A DNA stretch of 47,452 nt from an uncultured Planctomycetia bacterium (GTDB lineage: Bacteria; Omnitrophota; Gorgyraeia; JAFGHF01): contig CAZPGX010000003.1 in assembly GCA_964586605.1 (NCBI GenBank), positions 1-47,452 on the forward strand, in the 5' to 3' direction. Positions 1 through 9,107 of this stretch are shown piece after piece. The notes below the pieces were generated by a model, which was given only the letters and a program-made list of their open reading frames with translations, made no database searches and had not been told where the DNA came from. The position numbers and the translations under genes were made by a program. The stretch's first letter is position 1; every line of letters begins with the position of its first letter.

Positions 1-76
1 TGGTGGAGCAGAGGAGGATTGAACTCCCGACCTCCAGAGTGCGATTCTGGCGCTCTCCCAGCTGAGCTACTGCCCC
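1..76 (-). tRNA. tRNA-Ala (anticodon CGC), 3' CCA encoded
   Basis: The reverse complement folds as a 76-nt cloverleaf. Acceptor stem is GGGGCAG/CTGCTCC with the G3:U70 alanine identity pair. D arm is GCTC-AGCTGGGA-GAGC. Anticodon stem is CCAGA/TCTGG with loop ATCGCAC (anticodon CGC). T arm is GGGAG-TTCAATC-CTCCT, followed by ACCA. Confidence 0.9.
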
Positions 77-92
77 GTGAGATTCGCTCCGT

Positions 93-743
93 TTATCTTG
101 TTGACATCGCCTTTAAGATAATACTCGAGGTCAGGGTGGTTTGTGGATTATTCAGGCCCGGGTCTTTGCCCGGCTCCCGCAAAACCTGAATTTCTACATC
201 AACGCGATTAGGAATAGCTAGTTCCGGATCAACATTATGAACAAAACTAAATATAGCCTTCTCCACTATACCATCGGCAAGGGACTCATAGTTGGCTCGA
301 TCAGTCACATCAGGATAAAAACGGATACTATTATTTACCTCTTGATATTCAACAATCTGATCAATGCCGCTATCAAACTTGCCGTTAGCATTTGTGTCTA
401 TTTTTACCCAAAGACGTGAGCCGCTATCCGTTAGAAGCCCTGGATTATCAAAATCTGTATATACACCCGATAATATGTAAAATCCTCTGCTGGATTGCAC
501 ATCACTGTCATTCGGATTATCGTCCATGGCCCCTGGACGGCCCATATTTCCCACGCCGCGCTGAACACGAGAGGTTATATGCTGCATAGCTATCTTTGCC
601 TCATCCTGGATCCAGACCTCATCCTTGGAGGTGCCGAAAAAGCGGCGGCTGGTGATGTCCACGCTGGCTACTGCCAGAATAATCAGGCCCATCAAAGTGA
701 TAGCAATGAGGATCTCTGCTAAACTAAAGCCTCTGGAAAACAT
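93..743 (-). CDS. Type IV pilin-like / pseudopilin (large minor-pilin candidate, 216 aa)
   Basis: N-terminus MFSRG|FSLAEILIAITLMGLII shows a prepilin leader ending in Gly, Phe at +1, Glu at +5 and a hydrophobic helix. It is the last gene of a run of four prepilin genes. Confidence 0.75.
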   Translation of the reverse strand: MFSRGFSLAEILIAITLMGLIILAVASVDITSRRFFGTSKDEVWIQDEAKIAMQHITSRVQRGVGNMGRPGAMDDNPNDSDVQSSRGFYILSGVYTDFDNPGLLTDSGSRLWVKIDTNANGKFDSGIDQIVEYQEVNNSIRFYPDVTDRANYESLADGIVEKAIFSFVHNVDPELAIPNRVDVEIQVLREPGKDPGLNNPQTTLTSSIILKAMSTR

Positions 744-771
744 TTTTCTTGCTCCTTAGTAGTCGGTCGCT

Positions 772-791
772 AAAAGGGGCCAGGCCCCTTT
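772..791 (-). terminator. Short GC hairpin plus T4 directly after a pilin stop codon (attenuator/terminator candidate)
   Basis: The minus strand reads TAA-AAA-GGGGCC-T-GGCCCC-TTTT, followed by the AAGGAG RBS of the next pilin gene. The same module recurs at 1191..1210. Confidence 0.4.
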
Positions 792-1178
792 TTACTGGGT
801 TTCTGCAGGCTCTTCCCAGCTAACGGTTACGGTTGCCATTTTATAATCCACGGGATCACCCGTGCCGTCTGCGTCTATATCTTCAACTTCGTAAGTCCTG
901 CCTCCGAAAAATTTATCTTTGAAAGCACCGGAATCAAGAGCATCCGTAATACCCACACCAACTGCCAGTCTTCCTCCTGCAGGCCAGGTATCCGCGCCGA
1001 CTTCGTTCTTTAATTCCTCCAGAGTTTGGCGGCCAAAGTCCATTGCCTGGACCTGGCGGCCGGTACGGGCTACCACCCCCTTCTCCGTGGAGAAGATATA
1101 GAGCATCCCGCCTACGGTTATCGCCAAAATCAGGGCGGAAATTATCACTTCCATCAAGCTTAAGCCCTGCTTGTTCAC
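792..1178 (-). CDS. Type IV pilin-like / pseudopilin (128 aa, GTG start)
   Basis: N-terminus MNKQG|LSLMEVIISALILAITVGG has a Gly-ending leader, Glu at +5 and a hydrophobic helix. A GGAGGTGA RBS lies upstream of the GTG start. Confidence 0.75.
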   Translation of the reverse strand: MNKQGLSLMEVIISALILAITVGGMLYIFSTEKGVVARTGRQVQAMDFGRQTLEELKNEVGADTWPAGGRLAVGVGITDALDSGAFKDKFFGGRTYEVEDIDADGTGDPVDYKMATVTVSWEEPAETQ

Positions 1179-1190
1179 TCACTCACCTCC

Positions 1191-1210
1191 AAAAGGGGCC
1201 TGGCCCCTTT
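1191..1210 (-). terminator. Short GC hairpin plus T4 directly after a pilin stop codon (attenuator/terminator candidate)
   Basis: The minus strand reads TAA-AAA-GGGGCC-A-GGCCCC-TTTT, followed by GGAGGTGA and then GTG. It is a near-identical copy of the module at 772..791. Confidence 0.4.
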
Positions 1211-1642
1211 TTATTCTGCGGGTAAAGGCAAAGGCCAACTCCCGCTCAATTCTCCGGCCTCATCGATTTTAATTGTCTCACTGGCGTAATCTCCGCCTAA
1301 CCTTGTAGCAGTGGCTACAAAAGTACTCCCCTCTGTTCCGACAAAGGTCACATCGTAGTCCCAGTTGCGCTGATCGCGCACATCTAAATATGTCCTTATT
1401 GTTTCGTTAATCTCTTTTGTTTCCGTCAGGCCGCCATCGCCTGAAGAATAAAAATAGGTATTCTCCTCCACGCGGTAGATTCTCTCACCCGTCCTGATCT
1501 GCTGCAAGCTCGCCACGGCCTCCTTAGCCCTGGTGGCTTCCATTGCCCGGGGAAAGAGCGGCATCGCTATCGCCGCCAAAATCCCGACGATAATCAGGAC
1601 AACCATCAATTCAATCAGGGTAATACCGCTGTCTCTGTTCAT
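1211..1642 (-). CDS. Type IV pilin / GspG-family prepilin (143 aa)
   Basis: N-terminus MNRDSG|ITLIELMVVLIIVGILAAIAMP is a canonical N-terminal cleavage/methylation motif with Glu at +5. Confidence 0.8.
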   Translation of the reverse strand: MNRDSGITLIELMVVLIIVGILAAIAMPLFPRAMEATRAKEAVASLQQIRTGERIYRVEENTYFYSSGDGGLTETKEINETIRTYLDVRDQRNWDYDVTFVGTEGSTFVATATRLGGDYASETIKIDEAGELSGSWPLPLPAE

Positions 1643-1682
1643 CTTATGCTAAATAGTCGCTGTCCCTATTTTTTAAAATATA

Positions 1683-2042
1683 CTATTGTTCACTAATGGT
1701 GCCGTCATAGGTAATTTGATAACTTTTCAACGTCGAGCCGGTCAATTTCGTTGCCTTCCCTACCACGTCACCTGTACCATCTACAGCCGTATAAGTATAA
1801 TACTTTGTGGGCGTTGGAATCTCAACGTCTAAATTACCTATCACACTAGTGTATTCACTATGTTCTAGGTTGTATCTTAACTGCGAGGAGCGAATAGCAC
1901 CCAGCATATTCTGGCCCTCGGCCTCTCTGGCCTTGTTGGCGGCGGCAATAAACCTAGGCATCGCCAGCGATGCCAAGATACCTACGATAATTACCACAAT
2001 CATCAATTCCAATAACGTAAAACCTTTTTTTCTGTTAAACAT
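1683..2042 (-). CDS. Type IV pilin / GspG-like prepilin (119 aa); major-subunit candidate (first pilin gene, strong RBS)
   Basis: N-terminus MFNRKKG|FTLLELMIVVIIVGILASLAMPRF matches the prepilin motif. A GGAGGG RBS sits 4 nt before the ATG. Confidence 0.8.
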   Translation of the reverse strand: MFNRKKGFTLLELMIVVIIVGILASLAMPRFIAAANKAREAEGQNMLGAIRSSQLRYNLEHSEYTSVIGNLDVEIPTPTKYYTYTAVDGTGDVVGKATKLTGSTLKSYQITYDGTISEQ

Positions 2043-2132
2043 CTTTCCCTCCTATTCTAAGTTTTTAATTCTTTTCTTTTACCTATCACCTACGTCCTAT
2101 GCCCTAACTTATTCCCCCCTTTCTTCTACAAA

Positions 2133-3353
2133 TTATCCCTTGGAAATCATGGCCAGCTGGAATATGGGCATAAACATAGAAACTACCAGAACCCCTATCA
2201 CTCCACCCATAATTACCAATACCGCCGGCTCAATTAAGGTAGTAATCCGGGTTAGGGTAGTGGCAATGCGCTCTCTGTAAAACTCGGAAATCTTCTTGAG
2301 CATCTTGCCTAATTCGCCGATTTCCTCCCCCACGCTAACCATCTGCACTACCATAGGAGTAAACACGCCGCTTTGCTCCAGAGGCGCGCTCATCCCTTTT
2401 CCCTGGCGCACGCTCTCCCTTACCTCGCCAATCGCCTTCTCCACGACCTTATTCTCCACAGCCTTGGCAATAATATCCAGGCCGTAAAGAATAGGCACCC
2501 CGCTTTCAATCAAGGTGCTTAAACCGCTGGCAAACCTCTCAATGGCAATCCGCTGAAAAAGAGAAGAGAGAATAGGAATCTTGAACTTCAACCGGTCAAG
2601 CTGCCATTTTCCTCTTTCGCTGCGGATATGTCTGGAAAACGCATACCCAAAGGCGCCAAGCCCAGCGAGCAGGAGCAAAAAGTACCTGCGTATAGTCTTA
2701 CTGAAGATTATCACCAGGTTGGTAAGGGTAGGCAGTTCCATATCAAAGCTGTCAAAAACGCGGGAAAATATAGGAATAATCCAGACGGTAAAAACAGTCA
2801 AGGCTACTATGGCTATGAGAATGAGCACACAGGGGTAAACCAGGGCCGAAGTTACTTTGCTGCGCATCGCTGCTGCGGATTCCAGATAATCGGCCAGTTG
2901 CGTTAAGGCAACCGGAAGTGCTCCGGAGGCCTCTCCTGTCTCTACTACATGCACCCAAAAATCGGAAAATATCTTAGGATGTTTGGCCATGGCGTCACGA
3001 AAAGTGCTTCCTCCGGCGATATCGTGCTTCATCTGTTTCACTGCCTTCAAAAGCGTATCGCTTTCTAACTGCCGGCTTAAGACATCCAGGCTCTTTAATA
3101 AGGTAACGCCAGCCCCGAGCATTGTGGCCAGCTGGCGGGAGAAAACAATTAAGTCATCTAAGGTTACGCGGACATGAAAACCTGTTGCTATAAGGGCCTT
3201 TTTTCTTGCCACCGGCCCTGAGGCAGTTACGGAAATTACCACCAGGCCTTCCGATTGCAGCCGGCTAATCAATTCCTCTTCGCTTTGGGCCTCTCGGCTA
3301 TCCTGTACCTCGCGGCCCTGGCTATCTCTTACTTTATAATTAAAACTGGGCAT
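2133..3353 (-). CDS. pilC: Type IV pilus / T2SS inner-membrane platform protein (GspF/PilC family)
   Basis: 406 aa with the duplicated T2SSF-type architecture. Three hydrophobic segments are present, plus motifs such as GEEIGELGKML and IEPAVLVIMGGVIG that are typical of PilC/GspF. Confidence 0.9.
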   Translation of the reverse strand: MPSFNYKVRDSQGREVQDSREAQSEEELISRLQSEGLVVISVTASGPVARKKALIATGFHVRVTLDDLIVFSRQLATMLGAGVTLLKSLDVLSRQLESDTLLKAVKQMKHDIAGGSTFRDAMAKHPKIFSDFWVHVVETGEASGALPVALTQLADYLESAAAMRSKVTSALVYPCVLILIAIVALTVFTVWIIPIFSRVFDSFDMELPTLTNLVIIFSKTIRRYFLLLLAGLGAFGYAFSRHIRSERGKWQLDRLKFKIPILSSLFQRIAIERFASGLSTLIESGVPILYGLDIIAKAVENKVVEKAIGEVRESVRQGKGMSAPLEQSGVFTPMVVQMVSVGEEIGELGKMLKKISEFYRERIATTLTRITTLIEPAVLVIMGGVIGVLVVSMFMPIFQLAMISKG

Positions 3354-3396
3354 CGTAATTAAAAGATATCATACAAGAAGTCCTTTGTCAAGCAAT

Positions 3397-5121
3397 CTAT
3401 TCCCCTGCTCCCGTCACTGTAACGCTTAAGGCCTCCTCCAGGCTGGTGATGCCCTGCTCTACCTTTTTCAGACCGTTTTCCTGCAGCGTCTTCATTCCTG
3501 TTTCCCTAGCTGCCTGCTTTAATTGCTGATAGGTCCCTCCCCGGGCAATGGTTTCTCTCAGGCGCTCATTCATCAACATAATCTCATAGATGGAACTTCT
3601 TCCCCGGTAGCCGGTTTGATTGCAGTAGTCGCATCCGCGGGGCCGGTAGATTAGCTCTGCATCCAATTTAACCTTGCCTAAAATCTCCGGGGTGGGTTCA
3701 TAGGCCTCTTTGCATTCGGGGCAAAGTTTGCGCACCAGCCTCTGGGCGCCTACCAAAAGCAGAGAAGGCGTAATTAAATAATGGGCTACACCAATATCAA
3801 CTAACCTTCCCACGGTTGTGGGGGCATCGTTGGTATGCAGAGTGCTTAAGACCAGGTGCCCGGTAAGCGCTGCGCGAATACAAATCTGGGCAGTTTCCAA
3901 GTCCCTTACCTCCCCTACCATGATAATATTGGGGTCCTGCCTTAAGAATGAGCGCAGGCCGGTAGCAAAGGTAAGCCCAATCTCCGGTTTTGCCTGAACC
4001 TGATTGATGCCATCCATACGGTATTCTACGGGGTCTTCGATGGTGAGCAGGTTTTTCTCGGCGCTCTTAATCTCATTCAAGGTAGCGTATAAAGTTGTGG
4101 ACTTGCCGCAACCAGTCGGGCCGGTAAGAAAAATCAGGCCCCAGGGGTTCTTGATGGCCTTGCGGTAATTCTCTAAATCCTTGGGCTCAAAACCAAGCTG
4201 CCCAAGGTCCAAGGGAACCTGGCTTTTATCTAAGATTCTTAACACCGCCTTTTCGCCGTAAACGGTAGGCACGGTGGAGACACGTAGGTCAATGATTTTA
4301 TTTCCCATTTTCACCACAAAGGCCCCGTCCTGGGGCAGACGTTTCTCGGCAATGTCCAACTTAGCCAATATTTTAATCCGGGAGACAATGGCCAAAAGCA
4401 AATGCCGCGCAGGCGGAGGAATCTCATAAAGCGTCCCGTCAATACGGTAGCGGACGCCGATTCTTTCTTTAAAAGGCTCGATGTGGATATCGCTGGCCCT
4501 GTCTTTGATCGCCTGTCTTAATATCAAGTCTACCAGCTTAACTACCGGCGCCTCTTCCGCTTTAGCGATTAAGCTGTCTAAGCTCAGACTCTCCTCTTTA
4601 GAGGCCTCTTCTATCTCTAGCCCCGTATCCCCTTCGTATGATTCGGAAATGGCCTCTTTAAGCAGGTTTTTTTCGCCGTAGAACTTATCCAGCGCCTGGA
4701 TAATATCGCTTTCTGAGGCTACGATAGGATTAACCTCGCAGCCGGTCATCTTCTTCAGGTTGTCCATCATAATCACATCAAGGGGATCGGCAAAAGCTAC
4801 GGTAAGAGAATTCAAGTTTCGGGATAAGGGAATCAACCTGTATTGGCGGGCAAAATTCTGCGGTATTAATTTATCTAAATCTTGATTGGGATCGGGCTCA
4901 AGCAGGCCCTTGGCCAAAGAGGCGTAAGGAATGTTCAGCTGCTTGCCCAGGGTTACCACGATATCTTTTTCCGTAACCAGCCCCAGCCTTACCAGGGTCT
5001 CGCCGATTCTCTTGCCTTCCTGTTTCTGGACAGAAATAGCCTTCTGCAGCTGTTCCTCGCTGATTAACCCCTCTTTGACTAAAAGCTCGCCTAGCTTTAG
5101 ATGAGATTTGCGCAATACCAT
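3397..5121 (-). CDS. pilB: Type IV pilus / T2SS assembly ATPase (GspE/PilB family) with N-terminal MshEN-type domain
   Basis: 574 aa. It has Walker A GPTGCGKST, Asp/His boxes and the tetracysteine motif CPECK...CDYCNQTGYRGR. The N-terminal GspE_N/MshEN repeats are also present. Confidence 0.92.
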   Translation of the reverse strand: MVLRKSHLKLGELLVKEGLISEEQLQKAISVQKQEGKRIGETLVRLGLVTEKDIVVTLGKQLNIPYASLAKGLLEPDPNQDLDKLIPQNFARQYRLIPLSRNLNSLTVAFADPLDVIMMDNLKKMTGCEVNPIVASESDIIQALDKFYGEKNLLKEAISESYEGDTGLEIEEASKEESLSLDSLIAKAEEAPVVKLVDLILRQAIKDRASDIHIEPFKERIGVRYRIDGTLYEIPPPARHLLLAIVSRIKILAKLDIAEKRLPQDGAFVVKMGNKIIDLRVSTVPTVYGEKAVLRILDKSQVPLDLGQLGFEPKDLENYRKAIKNPWGLIFLTGPTGCGKSTTLYATLNEIKSAEKNLLTIEDPVEYRMDGINQVQAKPEIGLTFATGLRSFLRQDPNIIMVGEVRDLETAQICIRAALTGHLVLSTLHTNDAPTTVGRLVDIGVAHYLITPSLLLVGAQRLVRKLCPECKEAYEPTPEILGKVKLDAELIYRPRGCDYCNQTGYRGRSSIYEIMLMNERLRETIARGGTYQQLKQAARETGMKTLQENGLKKVEQGITSLEEALSVTVTGAGE

Positions 5122-5130
5122 CTTTATCCA

Positions 5131-6609
5131 TTATTCCTCAAACCCATCAAGGATCCTTTCCATTGCTTCCTCTTTCAACCGCAGATTGCCATATTCGTAA
5201 GGCATCTGCTTCTCTAAGGCCAATGCCCCTGTCTTTGTTCCTTCATCAAGCAAGTGCGGAGTGATGAAGATGATTAATTCTTTATCTGTGCTGGTGTCGT
5301 CCTTTTTGCGGAAGATATTGCCTAAGAAAGGGATATCTCCGAAAAAAGGCATCTTTCTTGAGATGTTGGTTTCTTCTACATTAATCAATCCCCCGATTAT
5401 CACGGTTGCTCCGTCATTAACCGTAACCGTCGTCTTGGCGCTTCTGGTCTGGGGGTCATAATAATCACCAGTCAAAACTGACGATTTTACATTAGTTACT
5501 GAAGGCTCAATGGACATGGTAATCTCACCTGCCTTATTGATCTGGGGAGTAACCTTAAGCGAGACCCCTGTCTCATACCTTTCTACGCTTGTGCTTGAGG
5601 TACTCACGCCTCCTTCGGCGGCGATTTCGACCGCCCCGGAGGAAACTGCCGTATCGGCAGTAATGTTTATTTCCGCAGTCTGATTGTTTAAGGTGAGGAT
5701 TTTGGGCCGGGCTAAAATCCTGCTATCGGTATCTTTTTTCAGCATAGCCAGTGTTGCAGTTAAGTTTGTCGCAGAGATGGAGCCTGTAGTATAAGTGACG
5801 GCATCCGAAGAGGTAAATTTCGTAAAGGGAAAACTGTCCGTGCGACTTGCTCCAGTGACAGAGAAAAGGTTTCCCTCAGTAGAACTACCCCAGCTTATGC
5901 CCAGCTTATCAATGGTTTGCAGGCTTGTCTCAATCACCTCGGCCTCAATCATCACCTGCGGAAGTTTTATATCCAGCTCTTTTATCGCCTTTTCAATCTT
6001 CGGGAATTGGCTGGGCAGATCGGTAACAATAAGGCTGTTGGTGCGGGCATCCTCAACTACTTGGCCATGCTCGGTAAGCAGTTTCTCTATAACTTCGTTT
6101 ATACCCAGCCCTCCACCAGAAGACCCTTTCTCTTCTCCTGCTACAGCGAGTTCGTATCCCTTGACACGGGCGTATTGGAGAGGAAAGATCATGGTAATTG
6201 TCTCTACCTCCGGCCTGCCCCACTCCTTGACCACAAATATTTTGCTTTCCGGCTCCTGTTCGTAAGTCAAATTATTCGCGGTCATTATTGTAGTTAGGGC
6301 ATCCTGCACAGAAACCTTATCCAGATAAAGGGTAATCTTGCGGTCCTTGATATTTTCACTGGCAATAAAGTTTAAGTCCGCCTGTTGAGAAAATACCTTC
6401 AATATATCCTTTAAGTCGGCGTCCTGAAAATCCATAGAGATTAGCGGCGAAAGCAATTCTGTTTCGCTAAGGTCGGCAGAGGCCAGCTCAAACCCTTCTA
6501 AATGCTCGCCTTCTGACTGCGCCTGGCTTAAATTAAAACTAAAGCCCAGCAGTAAAAGCAAAGCTATAGATGCCAACAGCACTACCCTTTCCTTTATTAT
6601 ATTGTGCAT
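5131..6609 (-). CDS. pilQ: Secretin (PilQ/GspD family outer-membrane channel)
   Basis: 492 aa with a signal peptide and N0/STN-like module (DFQDADLKDILKVFSQQADLNFIAS). The C-terminal secretin signature is present (VIIGGLI...IPFLGDIPFLGNIFR...ELIIFITPHLL). Confidence 0.88.
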   Translation of the reverse strand: MHNIIKERVVLLASIALLLLLGFSFNLSQAQSEGEHLEGFELASADLSETELLSPLISMDFQDADLKDILKVFSQQADLNFIASENIKDRKITLYLDKVSVQDALTTIMTANNLTYEQEPESKIFVVKEWGRPEVETITMIFPLQYARVKGYELAVAGEEKGSSGGGLGINEVIEKLLTEHGQVVEDARTNSLIVTDLPSQFPKIEKAIKELDIKLPQVMIEAEVIETSLQTIDKLGISWGSSTEGNLFSVTGASRTDSFPFTKFTSSDAVTYTTGSISATNLTATLAMLKKDTDSRILARPKILTLNNQTAEINITADTAVSSGAVEIAAEGGVSTSSTSVERYETGVSLKVTPQINKAGEITMSIEPSVTNVKSSVLTGDYYDPQTRSAKTTVTVNDGATVIIGGLINVEETNISRKMPFFGDIPFLGNIFRKKDDTSTDKELIIFITPHLLDEGTKTGALALEKQMPYEYGNLRLKEEAMERILDGFEE

Positions 6610-6636
6610 TTTCTTCCCCTTTCTATATACTATATA

Positions 6637-7032
6637 TTATTTTATTGTTGGCCTGAGAATATATTGGCTTCCTTCATGTAATACGTAAACGCCTTCTTTG
6701 CGGATAGATAAAATCTCTGCGCCCTGGATAACTTCGCCTACCCTGAGCACCGTGCCGTTAATGATAACCTGGGGCATACTCGTTCCCCAGACCATTCCCT
6801 GAACCTTAAGACCAGGCAAGCCGTAGCTAATTGTAGACTCCTCTTCTGCTTCTTCCCCGGCAAGAGGGACTGCCATCATTTCAAAAGGGCTTTTAAAGGG
6901 GTCACGTAGAGCCCGGGCTGTATATTTTAAGTCCCTCCACTGCCCCGTCTTTGCCTGGGGCTCGGCAAAGACAAAAGAAACAGCCCAGATTAAAACCAGG
7001 AAAACCAAGAAAACCAAAAGGTATTTTTTCAT
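6637..7032 (-). CDS. Secreted small protein, PilP / GspC-HR-like secretin-coupling candidate
   Basis: 131 aa with a signal peptide (MKKYLLVFLVFLVLIWAVSFVFA). The C-terminal beta-rich segment LKVQGMVWG...VIINGTVLRVGEVIQGAEILSIRKEGVYV resembles PilP/GspC homology regions. Its position between the PilO-like gene and the secretin supports the call. Confidence 0.45.
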   Translation of the reverse strand: MKKYLLVFLVFLVLIWAVSFVFAEPQAKTGQWRDLKYTARALRDPFKSPFEMMAVPLAGEEAEEESTISYGLPGLKVQGMVWGTSMPQVIINGTVLRVGEVIQGAEILSIRKEGVYVLHEGSQYILRPTIK

Positions 7033-7544
7033 TTCTTTAAATAAAACCCGCTGATTGCCAAATCTACCTTGGGGGTGTTATCCTCTCTGGGGTCGGTAAC
7101 GGTAGACTTTTGCATATTAATCCCCTTAACCCAAATAAATTCCTGGCTTGCTTCCAACAAGGCCAGGAATCTGCCCAGCTGGTGATACTCGCATCTTAAG
7201 GGAAGTTTCAAGGGCGTTTCAATATATCGCTGCGTATCCACGGCCAGCAGAGGATCAAAGGTCTCTATCTCTATGCCGCTGGCCAGAGCCAGCTCTGAGA
7301 CCTTGTCTAAGAAATAAGTAATCTCTGTCGTAGAAAAAGACCTCTCCTGAACCGCCTTCAGCCTTTTGTCCAGAACAGCGATAGCCCCTAAAATATCGTT
7401 TTTCCTGTCTTCCTCTTTTGTCTCTGACTTTATTAAGGTTATCTTATTTAAAGCACTTTGATATATTGCGTTGCGGCCGATAAGGAAAGCCATGGTAACA
7501 ACCAGGGCGAAAACAATCAGGTCCTTTTTTTGGTCTGTATCCAT
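7029..7544 (-). CDS. PilO / GspM-like bitopic alignment-complex protein
   Basis: 171 aa with an N-terminal TM (LIVFALVVTMAFLIG), a coiled-coil region and a C-terminal ferredoxin-like part (PLKLPLRCEYHQLGRFLALLE). It shows 4-nt overlaps with its neighbours. Confidence 0.6.
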   Translation of the reverse strand: MDTDQKKDLIVFALVVTMAFLIGRNAIYQSALNKITLIKSETKEEDRKNDILGAIAVLDKRLKAVQERSFSTTEITYFLDKVSELALASGIEIETFDPLLAVDTQRYIETPLKLPLRCEYHQLGRFLALLEASQEFIWVKGINMQKSTVTDPREDNTPKVDLAISGFYLKK

Positions 7545-7562
7545 CTTGCACTCCCGTTAATT

Positions 7563-9107
7563 TTATCGCGTAAAACAAGAAATGGTAAAATCCTTTACCG
7601 GCATCCCTTTCAATTCCCCGGAACTCATTGAATCCAGTTTTATTTCTTTAAACCCCTGGGAAAAAGCCTTACTCTCTTTTAGGTTGGAGACAAATTTACT
7701 AACTATTCCTATCTCGCGCACGGCGCTTTCGTGATAGGCTGTGCCTTTCAAAACTAAAGAACGGTTAACCTTATTCCCTTTTGAAAGCTTATCGTTAAAG
7801 TTGAGGTTCGTTAACCATACTCCGGGCGGAATCAGCTTAGGCAACTCATTAAATTCATCGGTCAAAAAAACCTTTTTGTTTATCATCTGGTCTAAAACAG
7901 AAAGTTTGGCTTCAAGTCCTTTTTTTGTCTTTTCCAGCTCTTCGTAAGAAAAAGAAGCTATGGACAAACTAATTTGAGGCCTCACAGAAAGCACTTTTTC
8001 CAATTCTTTCTTTTCTCTGCGGACAGGAAAACCCATTGCCAGGTGCAAAATCAAAAGGCCCATACCGGCAAAGGTCAGGGCGCGAAATAGCGCCAGCTTG
8101 ACCCTGGGGGTAAACTGGAGAGGCTCCTTTGTTGCCACGGCCTTCGGCTGGACCTCGCGAACCTGGCAGAGATTTACCTCTGTGCCGGCTAAAATCCTCT
8201 GGCGTAAGGCCAGGCCAATGGCTATGGCCATATCAAGGGAAGGCAGGGCCTTCTGGGGTTTTACTGCCTTGGCAGGATCGGCTTTCTCCACGGAGAGCTT
8301 TAACTCTTGCGCTAATTTTTTATCCCAGTCCTTAAGTTCTACTTCGCCGCAAAGCAGTATTTTGTCAATCGTCTCGGAAGGAAAAAGTTTTTCATAGTAA
8401 TCCAGGGACATCCGGATTTCATTAAGCAAACTATCAAAGAGTAGTTCTTCTTCTAAAGGAAGCGAAACATCCCGCGTAAGATAACAAATTTTATCTTTTA
8501 CTATATTAATATCCGCCATTCCATAGTCAACATCTACAATAGCGGTGTGTTTCTCCTTCTCCAGCTGATTGCTCAAGGCAAGAAGCCTGACCAGGCTAAA
8601 AGAAGCCGGCTCTAAGGCCGAAACTGTAAGCTGGGCCTGTTCAAAGAGAGAAAGATACCTCTGGGCTATGCCTCTTTTTACGGCTACAAAAGTCACATCC
8701 ATCTTATTGGTATCTTTACTCTTGGGCAAGACCACATGAAAACCCCAAACCAGCTCTTCTATCTTAAAAGGAATGTATTTTTTGGCCTCAAATTTTATCG
8801 CGGTCTCCCACTCCGATTTCGGTATCAAAGGCATCTGGAAATATCTAACCAGGACATCCTTGCCGGCAATGGCGGCAACTACCTCCTTGGCGCTGATTCT
8901 ATTTTCCTGCAGGGCCCTGGTAATGGCCTGCACCGTGGCCTGCCTTCGGGATGCATCATCTGAGTGCGAAGCAGCCTGAATCTCTACCCTGGCAAATTTA
9001 AGCAACTGTGCCCCAAAAAGCACTCCTTTTACCTGGGCAACATAAACATTCTTTGCCCCCACATAGATGCCTGTGGTAGTCTGTAAATTCAAGTTGAGCT
9101 TAGTCAC
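7563..9107 (-). CDS. PilM-PilN fusion (GspL-like): actin-like ATPase-fold domain + TM + periplasmic PilN-like domain
   Basis: 514 aa with a GTG start. The first ~310 aa resemble PilM/FtsA-like proteins (IAGKDVLVRYFQMP, AKKYIPFKIEE, ALEPASFSL). This is followed by a TM (LTFAGMGLLILHLAMGF) and a PilN-like tail. Confidence 0.75.
   Translation of the reverse strand: MTKLNLNLQTTTGIYVGAKNVYVAQVKGVLFGAQLLKFARVEIQAASHSDDASRRQATVQAITRALQENRISAKEVVAAIAGKDVLVRYFQMPLIPKSEWETAIKFEAKKYIPFKIEELVWGFHVVLPKSKDTNKMDVTFVAVKRGIAQRYLSLFEQAQLTVSALEPASFSLVRLLALSNQLEKEKHTAIVDVDYGMADINIVKDKICYLTRDVSLPLEEELLFDSLLNEIRMSLDYYEKLFPSETIDKILLCGEVELKDWDKKLAQELKLSVEKADPAKAVKPQKALPSLDMAIAIGLALRQRILAGTEVNLCQVREVQPKAVATKEPLQFTPRVKLALFRALTFAGMGLLILHLAMGFPVRREKKELEKVLSVRPQISLSIASFSYEELEKTKKGLEAKLSVLDQMINKKVFLTDEFNELPKLIPPGVWLTNLNFNDKLSKGNKVNRSLVLKGTAYHESAVREIGIVSKFVSNLKESKAFSQGFKEIKLDSMSSGELKGMPVKDFTISCFTR

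Noticed and set aside
934-1182. Same-strand alternative-frame ORFs nested in larger genes (934..1182, 2752..2958, 4898..5131, 12535..12720, 30651..30833)
   Set aside because: They fully overlap strongly supported CDS in another frame. Their translations are Arg/Gly/Ser-rich and have no motifs.
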